The translations under genes were made by a program, and so were the position numbers. Under the pieces are notes generated by a model. The model saw nothing but the letters and a program-made list of their open reading frames with translations, searched no databases and was not told where the DNA came from. Source: Candidatus Thiovulum stygium (GTDB taxonomy: Bacteria > Campylobacterota > Campylobacteria > Campylobacterales > Thiovulaceae). From it: 64,000 nt of DNA. Positions 29,376-39,168 of the stretch are shown here, piece by piece. Location of the stretch: positions 148,970-212,969 of the forward strand of contig CP091137.1 of NCBI GenBank assembly GCA_021582295.1. The letters are read 5' to 3'. Position 1 is the stretch's first letter, and each line of letters starts with the position of its first letter.

Positions 29376-31692
29376 GTGAATTCAAAAATTTATAGGAAAA
29401 GTCTAATTTTGACTTTAACTATTTTTGTTTTAATTGGAACACTTGGTTCAGCTATGATTTTTTCTATTTTGAATAAAGTCGCTATTCAAATTGGAGAAAG
29501 TTATTTAACAGTTCATACAAATCATCATCAAGAACAGATGGCAAAAATATTAGAAAATGGAGCAAAGATTTCTAATTTATTTTCTGTCAATAAAAATATT
29601 TTGCAATTTATTCAAAATGAATCAAATTTAGAGGCTAAAAATTTAGCTTTTAAAACTCTTAATGAATATGTAAAATTAAGTGATAGCGATGGTTGGTTTA
29701 TAGCTATTCGAGATAGCGAAAATTTTTATTTTAATAATCTAAAAAACGAATTTAGTGGTTCTGAACTTCGTAAAAAATTATTTATTGGAAATGTAGATGA
29801 CATCTGGTTTTATTCTACTTTAGATTCTAATAAATCTTATAATATAAATATAGATTTTGAAAAATCAATTAATGATATAAAAGTTTGGATTAATTATAAA
29901 ATAGTAGATAGCAATGGTAGAGTAATCGCTATTTTTGGTTCAGCTTTTGATTATGAAAGATTTTGGAAAGATTTTTTAGATGAAGAAGATAAAGATTTAA
30001 GAATTATTACTATATTAAAAAATGGAGATATTATTGCACATAAAAATATATCTATGATAAATGAAGATGCTGAATTTTTATCTCAAGATGAAGATAAAAA
30101 AAATATATTTCAGTTTTTTACAAATAGAGATTTTAAATATCAACTTGAAACAGAAATATCAAAATTAAATAGTCAAAGAACTATAAGTTTTATATCTAAA
30201 TTAAATAAAAATGATAAATATGAGAATATTATTTCGGTTTCACTATTATCTTTAAGTAATGTCGAATGGTATATGTTTTCAGCTATGAATTTAGGGTCAA
30301 TTATTGATGAATATAATAAACTTCTAATCGTTTTGATATTTATTTCTATATTTATAACTCTATTTATAATAAATTTAATCTTTATTAAAAGTCAGTTTTT
30401 GAAACCTATTCATGAATTATATGATGTTATTCATGCTATGCGAAGCGGTGAATTAACAAAACGAGTAACAAATTTTAAAGATAGAGAAGATGAAGTTGGT
30501 TCATTAATTCTTGAATTTAATAATATGGTTGATATTGTAGAAAAATATAAAGAACATAGTTCTAAATTATATACACTATTAACAGAAAATATGGCTGATG
30601 TTATTTGGATGATGGATAAACATGGAAATATTTTATATATTTCACCATCTATTGAATATTTAACTGGATATACACAAATGGAAGCAACTCTTCAGAAAAT
30701 TGAAGATAGATATAGTTCAGAATCAGTATCAATTATTTTAGAACATATGCTGAATGCTATTCAGTATAGCGATAGGTAATCTTTTGAAGTGATCTCCAGA
30801 TTTTCCCCCGCTTCATACCGTACGAGCGACTTTCACCGCATACGGCACTCCATCAAGTTTATTAAAATCATTATATTATAAATATTCTAAAAGCAAAATT
30901 CAATATTAAGTTAAAATTAATTCTTAATGTATTACAATATTAAAGATTTAAGTTTATTTAAGTATAAATCAGTTAGATTTGTTTATTTCGTCTAACTAAC
31001 GAATCGCACATCATGAAATTCCAGTTTTAAAACTTAAACAAATACGAAAAAATGGTTCGATAATTTGGGTTGAATTAAATTTAAAAATTAAAATCGATGA
31101 GGTCGAAGGCATTAGATTTATAGGTTCAACTAGAGATATTTCTAATAAACTCGAAATGGAAAAACAGGTTGAAAGATTACTTTTTATCGATTCTTTAACT
31201 GGGCTTGTAAATCTAAAATATTTAATGAATATAATTCAACATCATTTATATAACTTGCAATTAAACGGAGGTTTTGGAGCATTAATCGATATCAATATTG
31301 ATGAATTTAGACATATCAATGAAGCTTATAGTTTTAATGTTGGTGATAACTTATTAATCGACATTAGCAAAAGATTAAAAGATTCTGTTCGCGAATCGGA
31401 TTCAATAGCTCGAATTGGTGGTGATGAATTTTTAGTTTTAGTTGAATATCTTGGTAAAGATTCCAAAATTGCTCCAGAAATTGGTTATTTAATTGCCGAG
31501 AAAATCAAATTTTTTATACAAGAACCTTATAAATTAGAAAATGGTGATACAGTTTATTTAACTTGTAGTATAGGTATAAGAATTTTTAATGCAAATTCTA
31601 ACATCGAAACAATTTTAAAAGATGCAAATTTAGCGATGTTTCAATCAAAACACAATGGAAAAAATTTAATAACTTCGTCGGAGACAATTTAA
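29376..31692 (+). pseudogene. Sensor diguanylate cyclase (TM - periplasmic domain - TM - HAMP - PAS - GGDEF), interrupted inside the PAS domain
   Basis: 29376-30779 encodes TM/HAMP and the N-terminal half of PAS (VIWMMDKHGNILYISPSIEYLTGY). The frame reopens at 31000 (RIAHHEIPVLKLKQIRKNGSIIWVE...DISNK...DSLTGL...GGDEFLVLV). The gap of about 226 bp is foreign sequence. Confidence 0.8.
30774..30999 (-). mobile_element. About 226-bp insertion carrying a group II intron domain-V-like hairpin (5'-truncated intron remnant), antisense to the host gene
   Basis: The minus strand 30848->30815 reads GTGCCGTATGCGGTGAAAGTCGCTCGTACGGTAT. This is 29/34 identical to yeast ai5gamma domain V, with the GAAA tetraloop and the 2-nt bulge. 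The insertion boundaries are inferred from where the host frame breaks and reopens. Confidence 0.6.
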
Positions 31693-31693
31693 T

Positions 31694-33055
31694 ATGAAAT
31701 ATAAACAAATCTATTTAGATAACAGTGAAAATATAATTAAATTTTTAAAAATATTTTTATCATTTATTTTAGCTATTTTAATAGCATATCTTCCAAATTA
31801 TAATTTACCAGTTAATGCAATAAACACACTGTTTATTTTATTAGTGGCAACTTTTTTATGGATTAGTGAAGCCGTTCAACCTTTTGCGGTCTCGTTTTTA
31901 ATTATTGCTCTCGAAATAGTTTTACTTGGAAGTAGCAATAATTGGCACAATTGGAAAATTTATCTTCAACCTTGGGCAGAATCAATTATATTTTTATTTA
32001 TTGGTGGATTTATTATCGCTTCTGCGAGTTCAAAAGTTGGTTTAGATAAATTTATTGCAAATCGAACTTTAAAATTTGTTGGCAATAAATTAGATAATAT
32101 TATTTCAGCAATATTATTTTTAACTTTTATAATGTCAATGTTTGTTTCGAATACAGCAACAGCTGTAATTATGCTAACATTAATTTCGCCTATTATAACT
32201 TTTATATCAAAAAATGGTGCTAAAGCTATACTTTTAGCAATTGTTGTTGGTGCAAATATTGGTGGAATCGGAACAATTATTGGATCTCCACCAAATGCAA
32301 TTGCTGTTGGAATTTTAGGAAATCAAGCTCCATCTTTTTTAGATTGGATTTTAATAGCTCTACCTCCAGCAATATTATTAGCAATAATTTTAAGAGTGTA
32401 TTTATATTTTGCATATCCATCAAATGGTGAAAAAGTTTCAAATTTAAATCTTGAAGATAATGAAATGTTAAATTCAAAATATAAAAAAATATATGTTACA
32501 ACTATATTTATTATAACTGTATTATTATGGCTAACAACTTCTATTCACCAAATTCCAACTTCAGTAATTGCATTTTTTCCAATTGTAGCTTTTACTTTAG
32601 CTGGAATCTTAACTTCAGAAGATATAAATAGTCTTAGATGGGATATCATAATTTTATTAGTTGGTGGATTAAGTTTAGGTTTTGCAATAACTAATTCAGG
32701 TTTAGATAAATGGATTGCTCAAATTTTAACTATTGGAAATGTTTCGCCATTAGTTACAACTTTAATCGCAGTTTATACAATTGTAATTGTCTCAAATTTT
32801 ATGAGCAATACAGCAGCAACTAATATTTTATTGCCTTTAGTTATTGCAACAACCTCATCAGCGGATATTCAAATTTCAGTGATTGCCGTTGCAATTGGCG
32901 CCTCGTTTGCTATGAGTTTGCCAATTTCAACTCCACCAAATGCAATTATTTTTGGAACAGGCAAAATCGAAATAAAAGATTTCTTAAAATTAGGAACTAT
33001 AACTTTAATTATCGGTCCAGTAATATTTTTAAGTTGGATTTATTTTATTAAATAA
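31694..33055 (+). CDS. DASS/SLC13-family anion:sodium symporter
   Basis: Two SNTA(T/A) hairpin motifs (FVSNTATAV, FMSNTAATN) and PPNA motifs (GSPPNAI, STPPNAI). Polytopic, 453 aa. Confidence 0.85.
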   Translation: MKYKQIYLDNSENIIKFLKIFLSFILAILIAYLPNYNLPVNAINTLFILLVATFLWISEAVQPFAVSFLIIALEIVLLGSSNNWHNWKIYLQPWAESIIFLFIGGFIIASASSKVGLDKFIANRTLKFVGNKLDNIISAILFLTFIMSMFVSNTATAVIMLTLISPIITFISKNGAKAILLAIVVGANIGGIGTIIGSPPNAIAVGILGNQAPSFLDWILIALPPAILLAIILRVYLYFAYPSNGEKVSNLNLEDNEMLNSKYKKIYVTTIFIITVLLWLTTSIHQIPTSVIAFFPIVAFTLAGILTSEDINSLRWDIIILLVGGLSLGFAITNSGLDKWIAQILTIGNVSPLVTTLIAVYTIVIVSNFMSNTAATNILLPLVIATTSSADIQISVIAVAIGASFAMSLPISTPPNAIIFGTGKIEIKDFLKLGTITLIIGPVIFLSWIYFIK

Positions 33056-33161
33056 ATATTCTTGTCTAAATTTGACATTAAAAAATAAAAAAGTTGATTG
33101 AGTTCATAGCAACTCTTTTGCTAAAATTACACTCAAAAGTGAAATTATTAAGGCTAATATA

Positions 33162-34253
33162 ATGGAAGATTATTATAAGTTACTGGAAATTGAAAAAACA
33201 GCTTCTGCTGATGATATAAAAAAAGCTTATCGTAAAATGGCAAAAAAATATCACCCTGATACTAATCAAGGAGATAAAAATGCTGAAGAAAAATTTAAAG
33301 AGATTAACGAAGCTTACGAAGTTTTAAAAGATGAGAAAAAACGAGCCATTTATGATAAATATGGTAAAGCTGGTTTAGATGGTTCTGCTAGTGCAAATAG
33401 TGGTAATTCTTATAGATCAAATGGTTTTAGTTCATTTGAAGATATTTTTGAAATGTTTGGTAATTTTGGCGAAAATGCAAAAAAACGAGAAAATAGTGAT
33501 TTATCTCTTGAAGTTGATTTAAAATTTAAAGAAGCCGTTTTTGGAACTACTAAAAAAATCAAGTTTAAATATAGAAAACCTTGTTCTAGTTGTAATGCAA
33601 CTGGATCAGCTGACGGCAAAACTGATAAATGTCCAATTTGTGGTGGTCGAGGTGAAATTCATAGACGACATGGCTTTATGACTTTTTCTGAAACTTGTTC
33701 TCGTTGCGGTGGTTCAGGTGAAGTTATAAAAAATAAATGTTCTGTTTGCAATGGCAATAAATTTATCGAAGAAGAAGATGAAGTTGAAATTAAAATTCCT
33801 GCTGGTATCTCAAGTGATAATCGTTTGCGAGTTCAAGAAAAAGGACACAAAAGTTTAAAAGGTATCAGAGGCGATCTATATTTAGTCTTTAAAGTAGAAA
33901 GTGATGAACATTTTATTCGACACGGTGATGATATTTATCTTGAAATGCCAATCTTTTTCACTCAAGCTATTTTAGGAGAAGTTATAAGAACTCCTTCTCT
34001 TCGAGGCGAAATTGAATTAAAACTTGAACGAGGCACTCGAGATAAACAACAATATATATTTAAAGGTGAAGGTGTTCAAAATGTTCAAGGTTACGGTAAA
34101 GGTAATTTCGTCGTTCAAATTAAATTGCTCTATCCAGAAAGATTAAATGTTAATCAAGAGGAACTTGTAAGAAAACTTCAAGATAGTTTTGGTATCGAAA
34201 GCAAACCTAATGTTAGTCTTTATGATAAAATTAAAAAGTGGTTTGAAGATTAA
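33162..34253 (+). CDS. dnaJ: Chaperone DnaJ
   Basis: J domain with HPD (KKYHPDTN) and four CxxCxGxG zinc-finger repeats. Confidence 0.95.
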   Translation: MEDYYKLLEIEKTASADDIKKAYRKMAKKYHPDTNQGDKNAEEKFKEINEAYEVLKDEKKRAIYDKYGKAGLDGSASANSGNSYRSNGFSSFEDIFEMFGNFGENAKKRENSDLSLEVDLKFKEAVFGTTKKIKFKYRKPCSSCNATGSADGKTDKCPICGGRGEIHRRHGFMTFSETCSRCGGSGEVIKNKCSVCNGNKFIEEEDEVEIKIPAGISSDNRLRVQEKGHKSLKGIRGDLYLVFKVESDEHFIRHGDDIYLEMPIFFTQAILGEVIRTPSLRGEIELKLERGTRDKQQYIFKGEGVQNVQGYGKGNFVVQIKLLYPERLNVNQEELVRKLQDSFGIESKPNVSLYDKIKKWFED

Positions 34254-34256
34254 CAT

Positions 34257-34910
34257 TTGAAAAAAATAGGTAAAAATAGCAAATTAGTCGCTCTTTTATG
34301 TGATAACCAAATTGAAAATGAGAGAGTTGAAATTTTTAACTCTCTTATTGGAGATAATGATATTATTTATATGCCACTTTATATAAAACCTGATGTTTTT
34401 AATTTTACAGTTTTAAATTTACGAAAATCACAAATTTCACTTGTAAATATATGTAAAAAATATTTTAAAGAAATTTTTAATTTAGTTGATGAAAAATCAG
34501 AAATTAGTTATAAATCTGGTTTAATAGATTCTATAAAAATTTCAAATAATAAGCTATTTGGTTTTTCAACTTTTGGAAAAGCTATATTAAATATTATTTT
34601 AAATAATAATTTAAATAAAATAGCTATATTTGGAGCTACAAATGAACAACTTAAAGATATTTTATATAATTTAAATGATTTAACTAAAATAGCTATATTT
34701 GAAAACGATATTGAAAAATTACGAGAAATCGTTCAAGATTTTCCAGAAATTGAAATTTATAGAATAAAATCAGATTTAAATTTATTATCTTTTGATAAAT
34801 TAATAAATTTGGGTATAAATTTAACTTTAAAAGATTCTGAAAAAATAAAATTATTATCTCAAAATGAAATTTTTATTGAACAAAGCAAAATAAATATTGC
34901 TAATATTTAA
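34257..34910 (+). CDS. Hypothetical protein (217 aa)
   Basis: ORF track, TTG start 4 nt after the dnaJ stop. Only a faint shikimate-dehydrogenase-like layout, which is not enough to call. Confidence 0.45.
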   Translation: MKKIGKNSKLVALLCDNQIENERVEIFNSLIGDNDIIYMPLYIKPDVFNFTVLNLRKSQISLVNICKKYFKEIFNLVDEKSEISYKSGLIDSIKISNNKLFGFSTFGKAILNIILNNNLNKIAIFGATNEQLKDILYNLNDLTKIAIFENDIEKLREIVQDFPEIEIYRIKSDLNLLSFDKLINLGINLTLKDSEKIKLLSQNEIFIEQSKINIANI

Positions 34911-34952
34911 AAATATATAAGTTTCCCGAAAATTAATCGGGAAAATTTATAT

Positions 34953-35978
34953 TTAAAGCTCTAACATTCTTTCGAGGGCAATTTTTGCCCATTTTGAACT
35001 CTCTTTATCAACTTGAACTTCATAAAAAGGTTCATTTAATTCGATACTTTTTAAAGTTCTGTATAAATCTAATAAAGTTGTTTCATTCATTGTTGGACAT
35101 TGAGGTTTTGTAGCAGAAAGTACATAAATATTTTTTTCTCTCATTCTATTAACTAAATTATATTCAGTACCAACAGCAACAGGAATTTCAAGAGGCAATG
35201 AATTTACATATTTAATAAGTTGCGAAGTCGAACCGACAAAATCAGCACTATTTACAATTTCAGGATCACATTCTGGATGAACAGCTATTTTTATATTTTT
35301 ATACTTTTTTCTATAAAAATTTATATCATCTATTGAAAATAGTTGATGAACAGAACAAAAACCATCATAACAGATAATATCTGAATTTTTATAAATATCT
35401 GTTTTTTCTTCTAAATTAAATATAGAAACTACACTACTTTTTAAATTCATTTTATTGGCAATATTTTGTCCGAGACATCTATCAGGGAGAAAAAGAATCT
35501 TTTTACCACTTTTCAAACCGTGAGAAATAATACGATCGGCATTTGAACTTGTGCAAACAGTTCCGCCCATTTCACCGACTCGCCCTTTTATTTCTGCACT
35601 TGAATTTATATAAGTAATTGGAAAAATATCACTTTTTTGAATGCCATTGTTTTCAAGAATTTTTAGAGATCGATCAAAATATTCGCCATTTATCATTTGA
35701 GCCATTGAACAACAGGCCATTTTTGGCATCAAAACTCTTTTTTCTGGATTTAAAACTTTGACACTTTCACCCATAAAAGCCACACCACAAAATATAATAA
35801 ATTTACTAGTTGTTTCTGCTGTTCTTTTTGCAAGTTCAAGACTATCGCCAGTTATATCAGCAATATTATATATTTCATCTTTTTGATAATAGTGTGCTAC
35901 TATCGTAACATCAAGTTCTTTTTTTAACCTATCGATTTCTGTGATGAGGTTTAAATTTTTATCTATATTTTCTATCAT
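34953..35978 (-). CDS. nadA: Quinolinate synthase
   Basis: Typical NadA layout (VAHYYQ...; CSMA; HPEC; conserved Cys ligands). 341 aa. Confidence 0.95.
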   Translation of the reverse strand: MIENIDKNLNLITEIDRLKKELDVTIVAHYYQKDEIYNIADITGDSLELAKRTAETTSKFIIFCGVAFMGESVKVLNPEKRVLMPKMACCSMAQMINGEYFDRSLKILENNGIQKSDIFPITYINSSAEIKGRVGEMGGTVCTSSNADRIISHGLKSGKKILFLPDRCLGQNIANKMNLKSSVVSIFNLEEKTDIYKNSDIICYDGFCSVHQLFSIDDINFYRKKYKNIKIAVHPECDPEIVNSADFVGSTSQLIKYVNSLPLEIPVAVGTEYNLVNRMREKNIYVLSATKPQCPTMNETTLLDLYRTLKSIELNEPFYEVQVDKESSKWAKIALERMLEL

Positions 35979-36005
35979 TAAAATTTTATAAAACTCTAAT
36001 AAATA

Positions 36006-36340
36006 TTAAGACATCATAATATCGTAAGGTCGTCGAACCTCATCAACAAGTTGAGCTGGACTCATTGCACGAGATTTTCGAGTAAATTCTCGACCTTCAA
36101 GAAAAACAACAATTGTTGGCACAGCAAAAATTGAATATTGGGCAGGAACATCTGGTGTTTCGAGAACATCAACAAAATATCTACCCATTTCAGGAAATTC
36201 TTCTCGCATTAATTCCATAACTTTTGGACGAAGTGTTTTGCAAACATTACATTTAGGAGATGTAAAATAGATTATTGTGGCTTTCTCTTTTTTAAAGCTA
36301 TTATTATCTCATCAATAGTTTTAATTTGTGAATCTAACAT
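36006..36340 (-). pseudogene. Thioredoxin-family protein (CNVC active site) split by a -1 frameshift in a T6 run
   Basis: The track ORF (70 aa) lacks the CxxC motif. Its frame is open upstream through KKEKATIIYFTSPKCNVCKTL. The ATG at 36340 has a GAGAGGA RBS and joins that frame if T6 36288-36293 gains one base. Confidence 0.65.
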
Positions 36341-36462
36341 ATATTTCCTCTCTAATATTTAAAATCAATTTGGAAATTTTAACCAACTTTTAAAGTAGAA
36401 ATCTAATTATTGATTCTATTTTGACTTTTTGATTCGTTTGCTTTGAGTCTGTTCTTCGTATC

Positions 36463-36500
36463 TAAAATAAATAAGAACTTTTGGGACAAGCCCAAAAGTT
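36463..36500 (-). terminator. Rho-independent terminator of the kinase gene
   Basis: 10-bp stem aacttttggg/cccaaaagtt with a 5-nt loop at 36476-36500, followed on the minus strand by the T-rich tract cttatttatttt. Confidence 0.65.
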
Positions 36501-36525
36501 AATAGATAAATAGATAAGAAAAACA

Positions 36526-37986
36526 TTATCTCACACAACGAAACAAAATAATATAGTACTGATCGAGGTTGTAGTCATTTCCACTGCTGAAACTCAATCC
36601 CCATGAATAGGAAGTATAAGTTTTATCTATAGTTGATGACCAATACCAATCATTTTGCATATTTCTAAATTCGCTTTTGTGTTGGTAAGCAATTCGCAAC
36701 TCTTCAATTGTTGGGAGTCTCCAATCAGAAAAACCTAAAAGACGAAGATTTTCGCAATATTTACAGGCATCCTTCCAATTCATCCGTTTTGGTAAGTTTG
36801 CATCTTGAAACATTAGGTTACCAATTGTTATAGTTTTAGAAGCTATTTCAACTTGTGTTAATTGATTTTGAACATTTGAATTAGTTGGCTGTTTTAGTTG
36901 ATTCTGAAGATTTTGAACATTTGAATTAGTTGGCTGTTTTAGTTGATTCTGAAGATTTTGAACTTGAATTTTAAGTTGTGAATTCTCATTTTGTAAATTT
37001 ATCACTTTGCTTTTTTCAGCTTGTAATTCAAGTTCTAATTTTGCAATTTTATTTGAAAGTTGTTGTGTATTACTACTTTGATTTGAATTATATATGTTAG
37101 GTGTATAATTTATATCTTTTAAAGATTTTTCTAATTCTTGAAGCAACTCATCAATAATCGAATCTTTCAAACTCTTTAAATCTTTAAAAATTTTTGAATT
37201 CTGTAAATTGACAAAATCATTTGACATAAAAAGCAAGTTTTCACCATTTGCATATAAAGAATATAAACTAGGTTTTATAGAGAGTGCTTTTAATGAAATA
37301 GAGATTATTAAATGCGGAAAATAGTCAATTCGTAAATCAAAAACTTTGTTGTATCGTTTTGGATGTTGATAATTTTGCGAACCCTCTTCGAGAGCATCAC
37401 GACCCTTTAAAGCTGGAACAAACATACCATCATAATCTATTAATTTTATTTCGCCATTTGGCAAAACAATCATATTGTCATGTTTTAAATCTCCGTGAGC
37501 AAATCCTAAATGATATGTTATATTTATTAATTCTCGCCAATTTTTATAAAGAGTCTCTAACTTTGACTTATTAGAAATATTAGAACAATTATTTTGTAAA
37601 TAGACTCCAAGAGTTTCGCCTTCAACCCATTCCATTTTTACAACGGGATAAAGCTCTTCTTGTTTTGTTCCTTGAGGGGTAATTGCCAATTCTTTATCAA
37701 TATATTCATAATCGCAGAAATATATGCTTGGATTATTTTTAATAAATTGAGATATAGCTTCATATCTCTCTTTTCGTTCAATATTTTCGCGAATAAAACA
37801 TTTCAAGGCATATTTTTTATTTGTAGCTAAATCTTCCATTTTAAAAACAGTTGCAAATTTTCCAGCTGAACCAATTGGTCGACCGAAATTATCATTTCTA
37901 ATTGATTTAAAATTTTGTAGTTTATCGCCTCTAGTTTTAATATGATTGACTGCTTGAACATATTCTGTAATTGATGGAAAATTCAT
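36526..37986 (-). CDS. Fusion protein: Ser/Thr protein kinase-like domain - coiled coil - DUF1566 (Lcl C-terminal lectin-like) domain
   Basis: Kinase motifs: KYALKCF (VAIK-like), HGDLKHDN (catalytic loop) and IDYDG (DFG-like). C-terminal WRLPTIEELRIAY...WYWSST...FRCVR is DUF1566-like. I prefer the ATG at 37986, which has an AGGAGA RBS. Confidence 0.75.
   Translation of the reverse strand: MNFPSITEYVQAVNHIKTRGDKLQNFKSIRNDNFGRPIGSAGKFATVFKMEDLATNKKYALKCFIRENIERKERYEAISQFIKNNPSIYFCDYEYIDKELAITPQGTKQEELYPVVKMEWVEGETLGVYLQNNCSNISNKSKLETLYKNWRELINITYHLGFAHGDLKHDNMIVLPNGEIKLIDYDGMFVPALKGRDALEEGSQNYQHPKRYNKVFDLRIDYFPHLIISISLKALSIKPSLYSLYANGENLLFMSNDFVNLQNSKIFKDLKSLKDSIIDELLQELEKSLKDINYTPNIYNSNQSSNTQQLSNKIAKLELELQAEKSKVINLQNENSQLKIQVQNLQNQLKQPTNSNVQNLQNQLKQPTNSNVQNQLTQVEIASKTITIGNLMFQDANLPKRMNWKDACKYCENLRLLGFSDWRLPTIEELRIAYQHKSEFRNMQNDWYWSSTIDKTYTSYSWGLSFSSGNDYNLDQYYIILFRCVR
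36866..36955 (-). repeat. 45-bp tandem repeat x2 in the coiled-coil linker (VQNLQNQLKQPTNSN x2)
   Basis: ttttgaacatttgaattagttggctgttttagttgattctgaaga is repeated exactly. Confidence 0.9.
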
Positions 37987-38011
37987 TTTATCTCTCCTGT
38001 TGTAAATATGG

Positions 38012-38047
38012 TTATTAATATGCAAAATTGTATCAAAATTTAAATTT
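38012..38047 (-). promoter_or_regulatory. Promoter/operator element, copy A (upstream of the kinase gene)
   Basis: 36-nt exact copy of the element at 38662-38697. The minus sense reads AAATTTAAATTTTGATACAATTTTGCATATTAATAA and contains an extended -10 (TGaTACAAT). Confidence 0.55.
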
Positions 38048-38064
38048 CTAAAAATATGATTCTC

Positions 38065-38403
38065 CTAAATCTCAAAAACCTTTTTTAGAGCCTCTTTTAC
38101 TGCTTCGATTTCACTCTCTGAAATTTCACCAACTTTCTCAATTAACCTACTCTCATCAACTGAACGAACTTGAAAAGTGTCAATTACTGAACTCTTTTTT
38201 AATCCATTTTTACTATTTGGCTCTATCTTAACAAACCAAGGAACAGAGATATAATGAGGTTTAAAATCTGTAATTGGAGCAATGATTTTTAATGGAAGTT
38301 TTCCAATATCATCTCCATTTATAATTACAGCAGGTCTCTTTTTCTTAAATTCACTTCCAACTGTTGGATCAAGATTTACGATCCAAATTTCTCTCTGTCT
38401 CAT
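38065..38403 (-). CDS. mazF: MazF/PemK-family endoribonuclease toxin
   Basis: MRQREIWIVNLDPTVGSEFKKKRPAVII is the canonical PemK/MazF N-terminus. 112 aa; 4-nt overlap with the upstream antitoxin. Confidence 0.85.
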   Translation of the reverse strand: MRQREIWIVNLDPTVGSEFKKKRPAVIINGDDIGKLPLKIIAPITDFKPHYISVPWFVKIEPNSKNGLKKSSVIDTFQVRSVDESRLIEKVGEISESEIEAVKEALKKVFEI

Positions 38404-38648
38404 CTAAAGTCTTCACTATCAAGAGCTGTAAATTCTGTAAGTGATTTATCATCTCTGTAATCTTCCATCATTAACTGAACACTCTTTTTCATTCTAACTT
38501 TTTCCTGTTTTTGAATATACTCTTCAACAGCATTTTTTAAAATTTCAGACTTAGATACTCTGAACTCATTTTTAAGATTTTCTAATTGCTGATTTAAAAA
38601 GTGTGGAATTGTAAAAGTTACTTTATCATAAGATTGGAATGTTTGCAT
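38400..38648 (-). CDS. Antitoxin (ribbon-helix-helix type) of the MazF-like toxin
   Basis: Small acidic-tailed protein immediately upstream of mazF and overlapping it. I prefer the ATG at 38648 (MQTFQSYDKVTFTIP...), which has an AAGGA RBS, over the track start at 38708. Confidence 0.7.
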   Translation of the reverse strand: MQTFQSYDKVTFTIPHFLNQQLENLKNEFRVSKSEILKNAVEEYIQKQEKVRMKKSVQLMMEDYRDDKSLTEFTALDSEDFR

Positions 38649-38661
38649 ATAAATATCCTTA

Positions 38662-38697
38662 TTATTAATATGCAAAATTGTATCAAAATTTAAATTT
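38662..38697 (-). promoter_or_regulatory. Promoter/operator element, copy B (upstream of the antitoxin)
   Basis: Identical 36-mer to 38012-38047. The TGaTACAAT box ends 28 nt upstream of the antitoxin ATG. Confidence 0.55.
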
Positions 38698-38820
38698 ATA
38701 ATAATCATTGATTTCAGAACTATTTAAGAAAACTAACTTTTAGCTATTATAAATATTTATCTAATTTTTTTAAAAATTAGTTTGCACCGCAAAACTACTA
38801 AAAAATAGTAATTTAAAAGC

Positions 38821-39168
38821 TTAAATATAAATAAATTTATAGTGATTTTTTTGTTAGAGTGCCTCTCATGGGAGTTGAGCTTTTCAAAAAAAAATCTTCA
38901 AATTATTTGAATTTGACATCATCGAAAAAATCGCTATTTTAAAAAGTTTGCTTAAATAAAAAAATTAGTTGATCGAAAATTGGTCAAAATTGGCTAAAAA
39001 CAGCACTTTTTTAGTAACCTTAAATATAAATGAATTTATAGTTATTTTTTTGTTAGAGTGCCTCTCATGGGAGTTGAGCTTTTTTAAAAAAAATCTTCAA
39101 ATTATTTGCATTTTGACCTTATCGAAAAAACGATATTTTAGAGATTTTGCTTAAGCTTAAGAATTAGT
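38821..39168 (+). repeat. Two direct copies of a ~150-bp element (period ~199 bp) upstream of the type IIG RM gene
   Basis: Copy 1 is 38821-38970 and copy 2 is 39020-39168. They share the core ttgttagagtgcctctcatgggagttgagctttt...aaatcttcaaattatttg...atcgaaaaaa. Confidence 0.85.

Noticed and set aside
38969-39154. 61-aa ORF in the gap upstream of the RM gene
   Set aside because: It spans one copy of the 150-bp direct repeat, but the equivalent frame in the other copy is interrupted. It has no RBS, so it is more likely non-coding repeat sequence.
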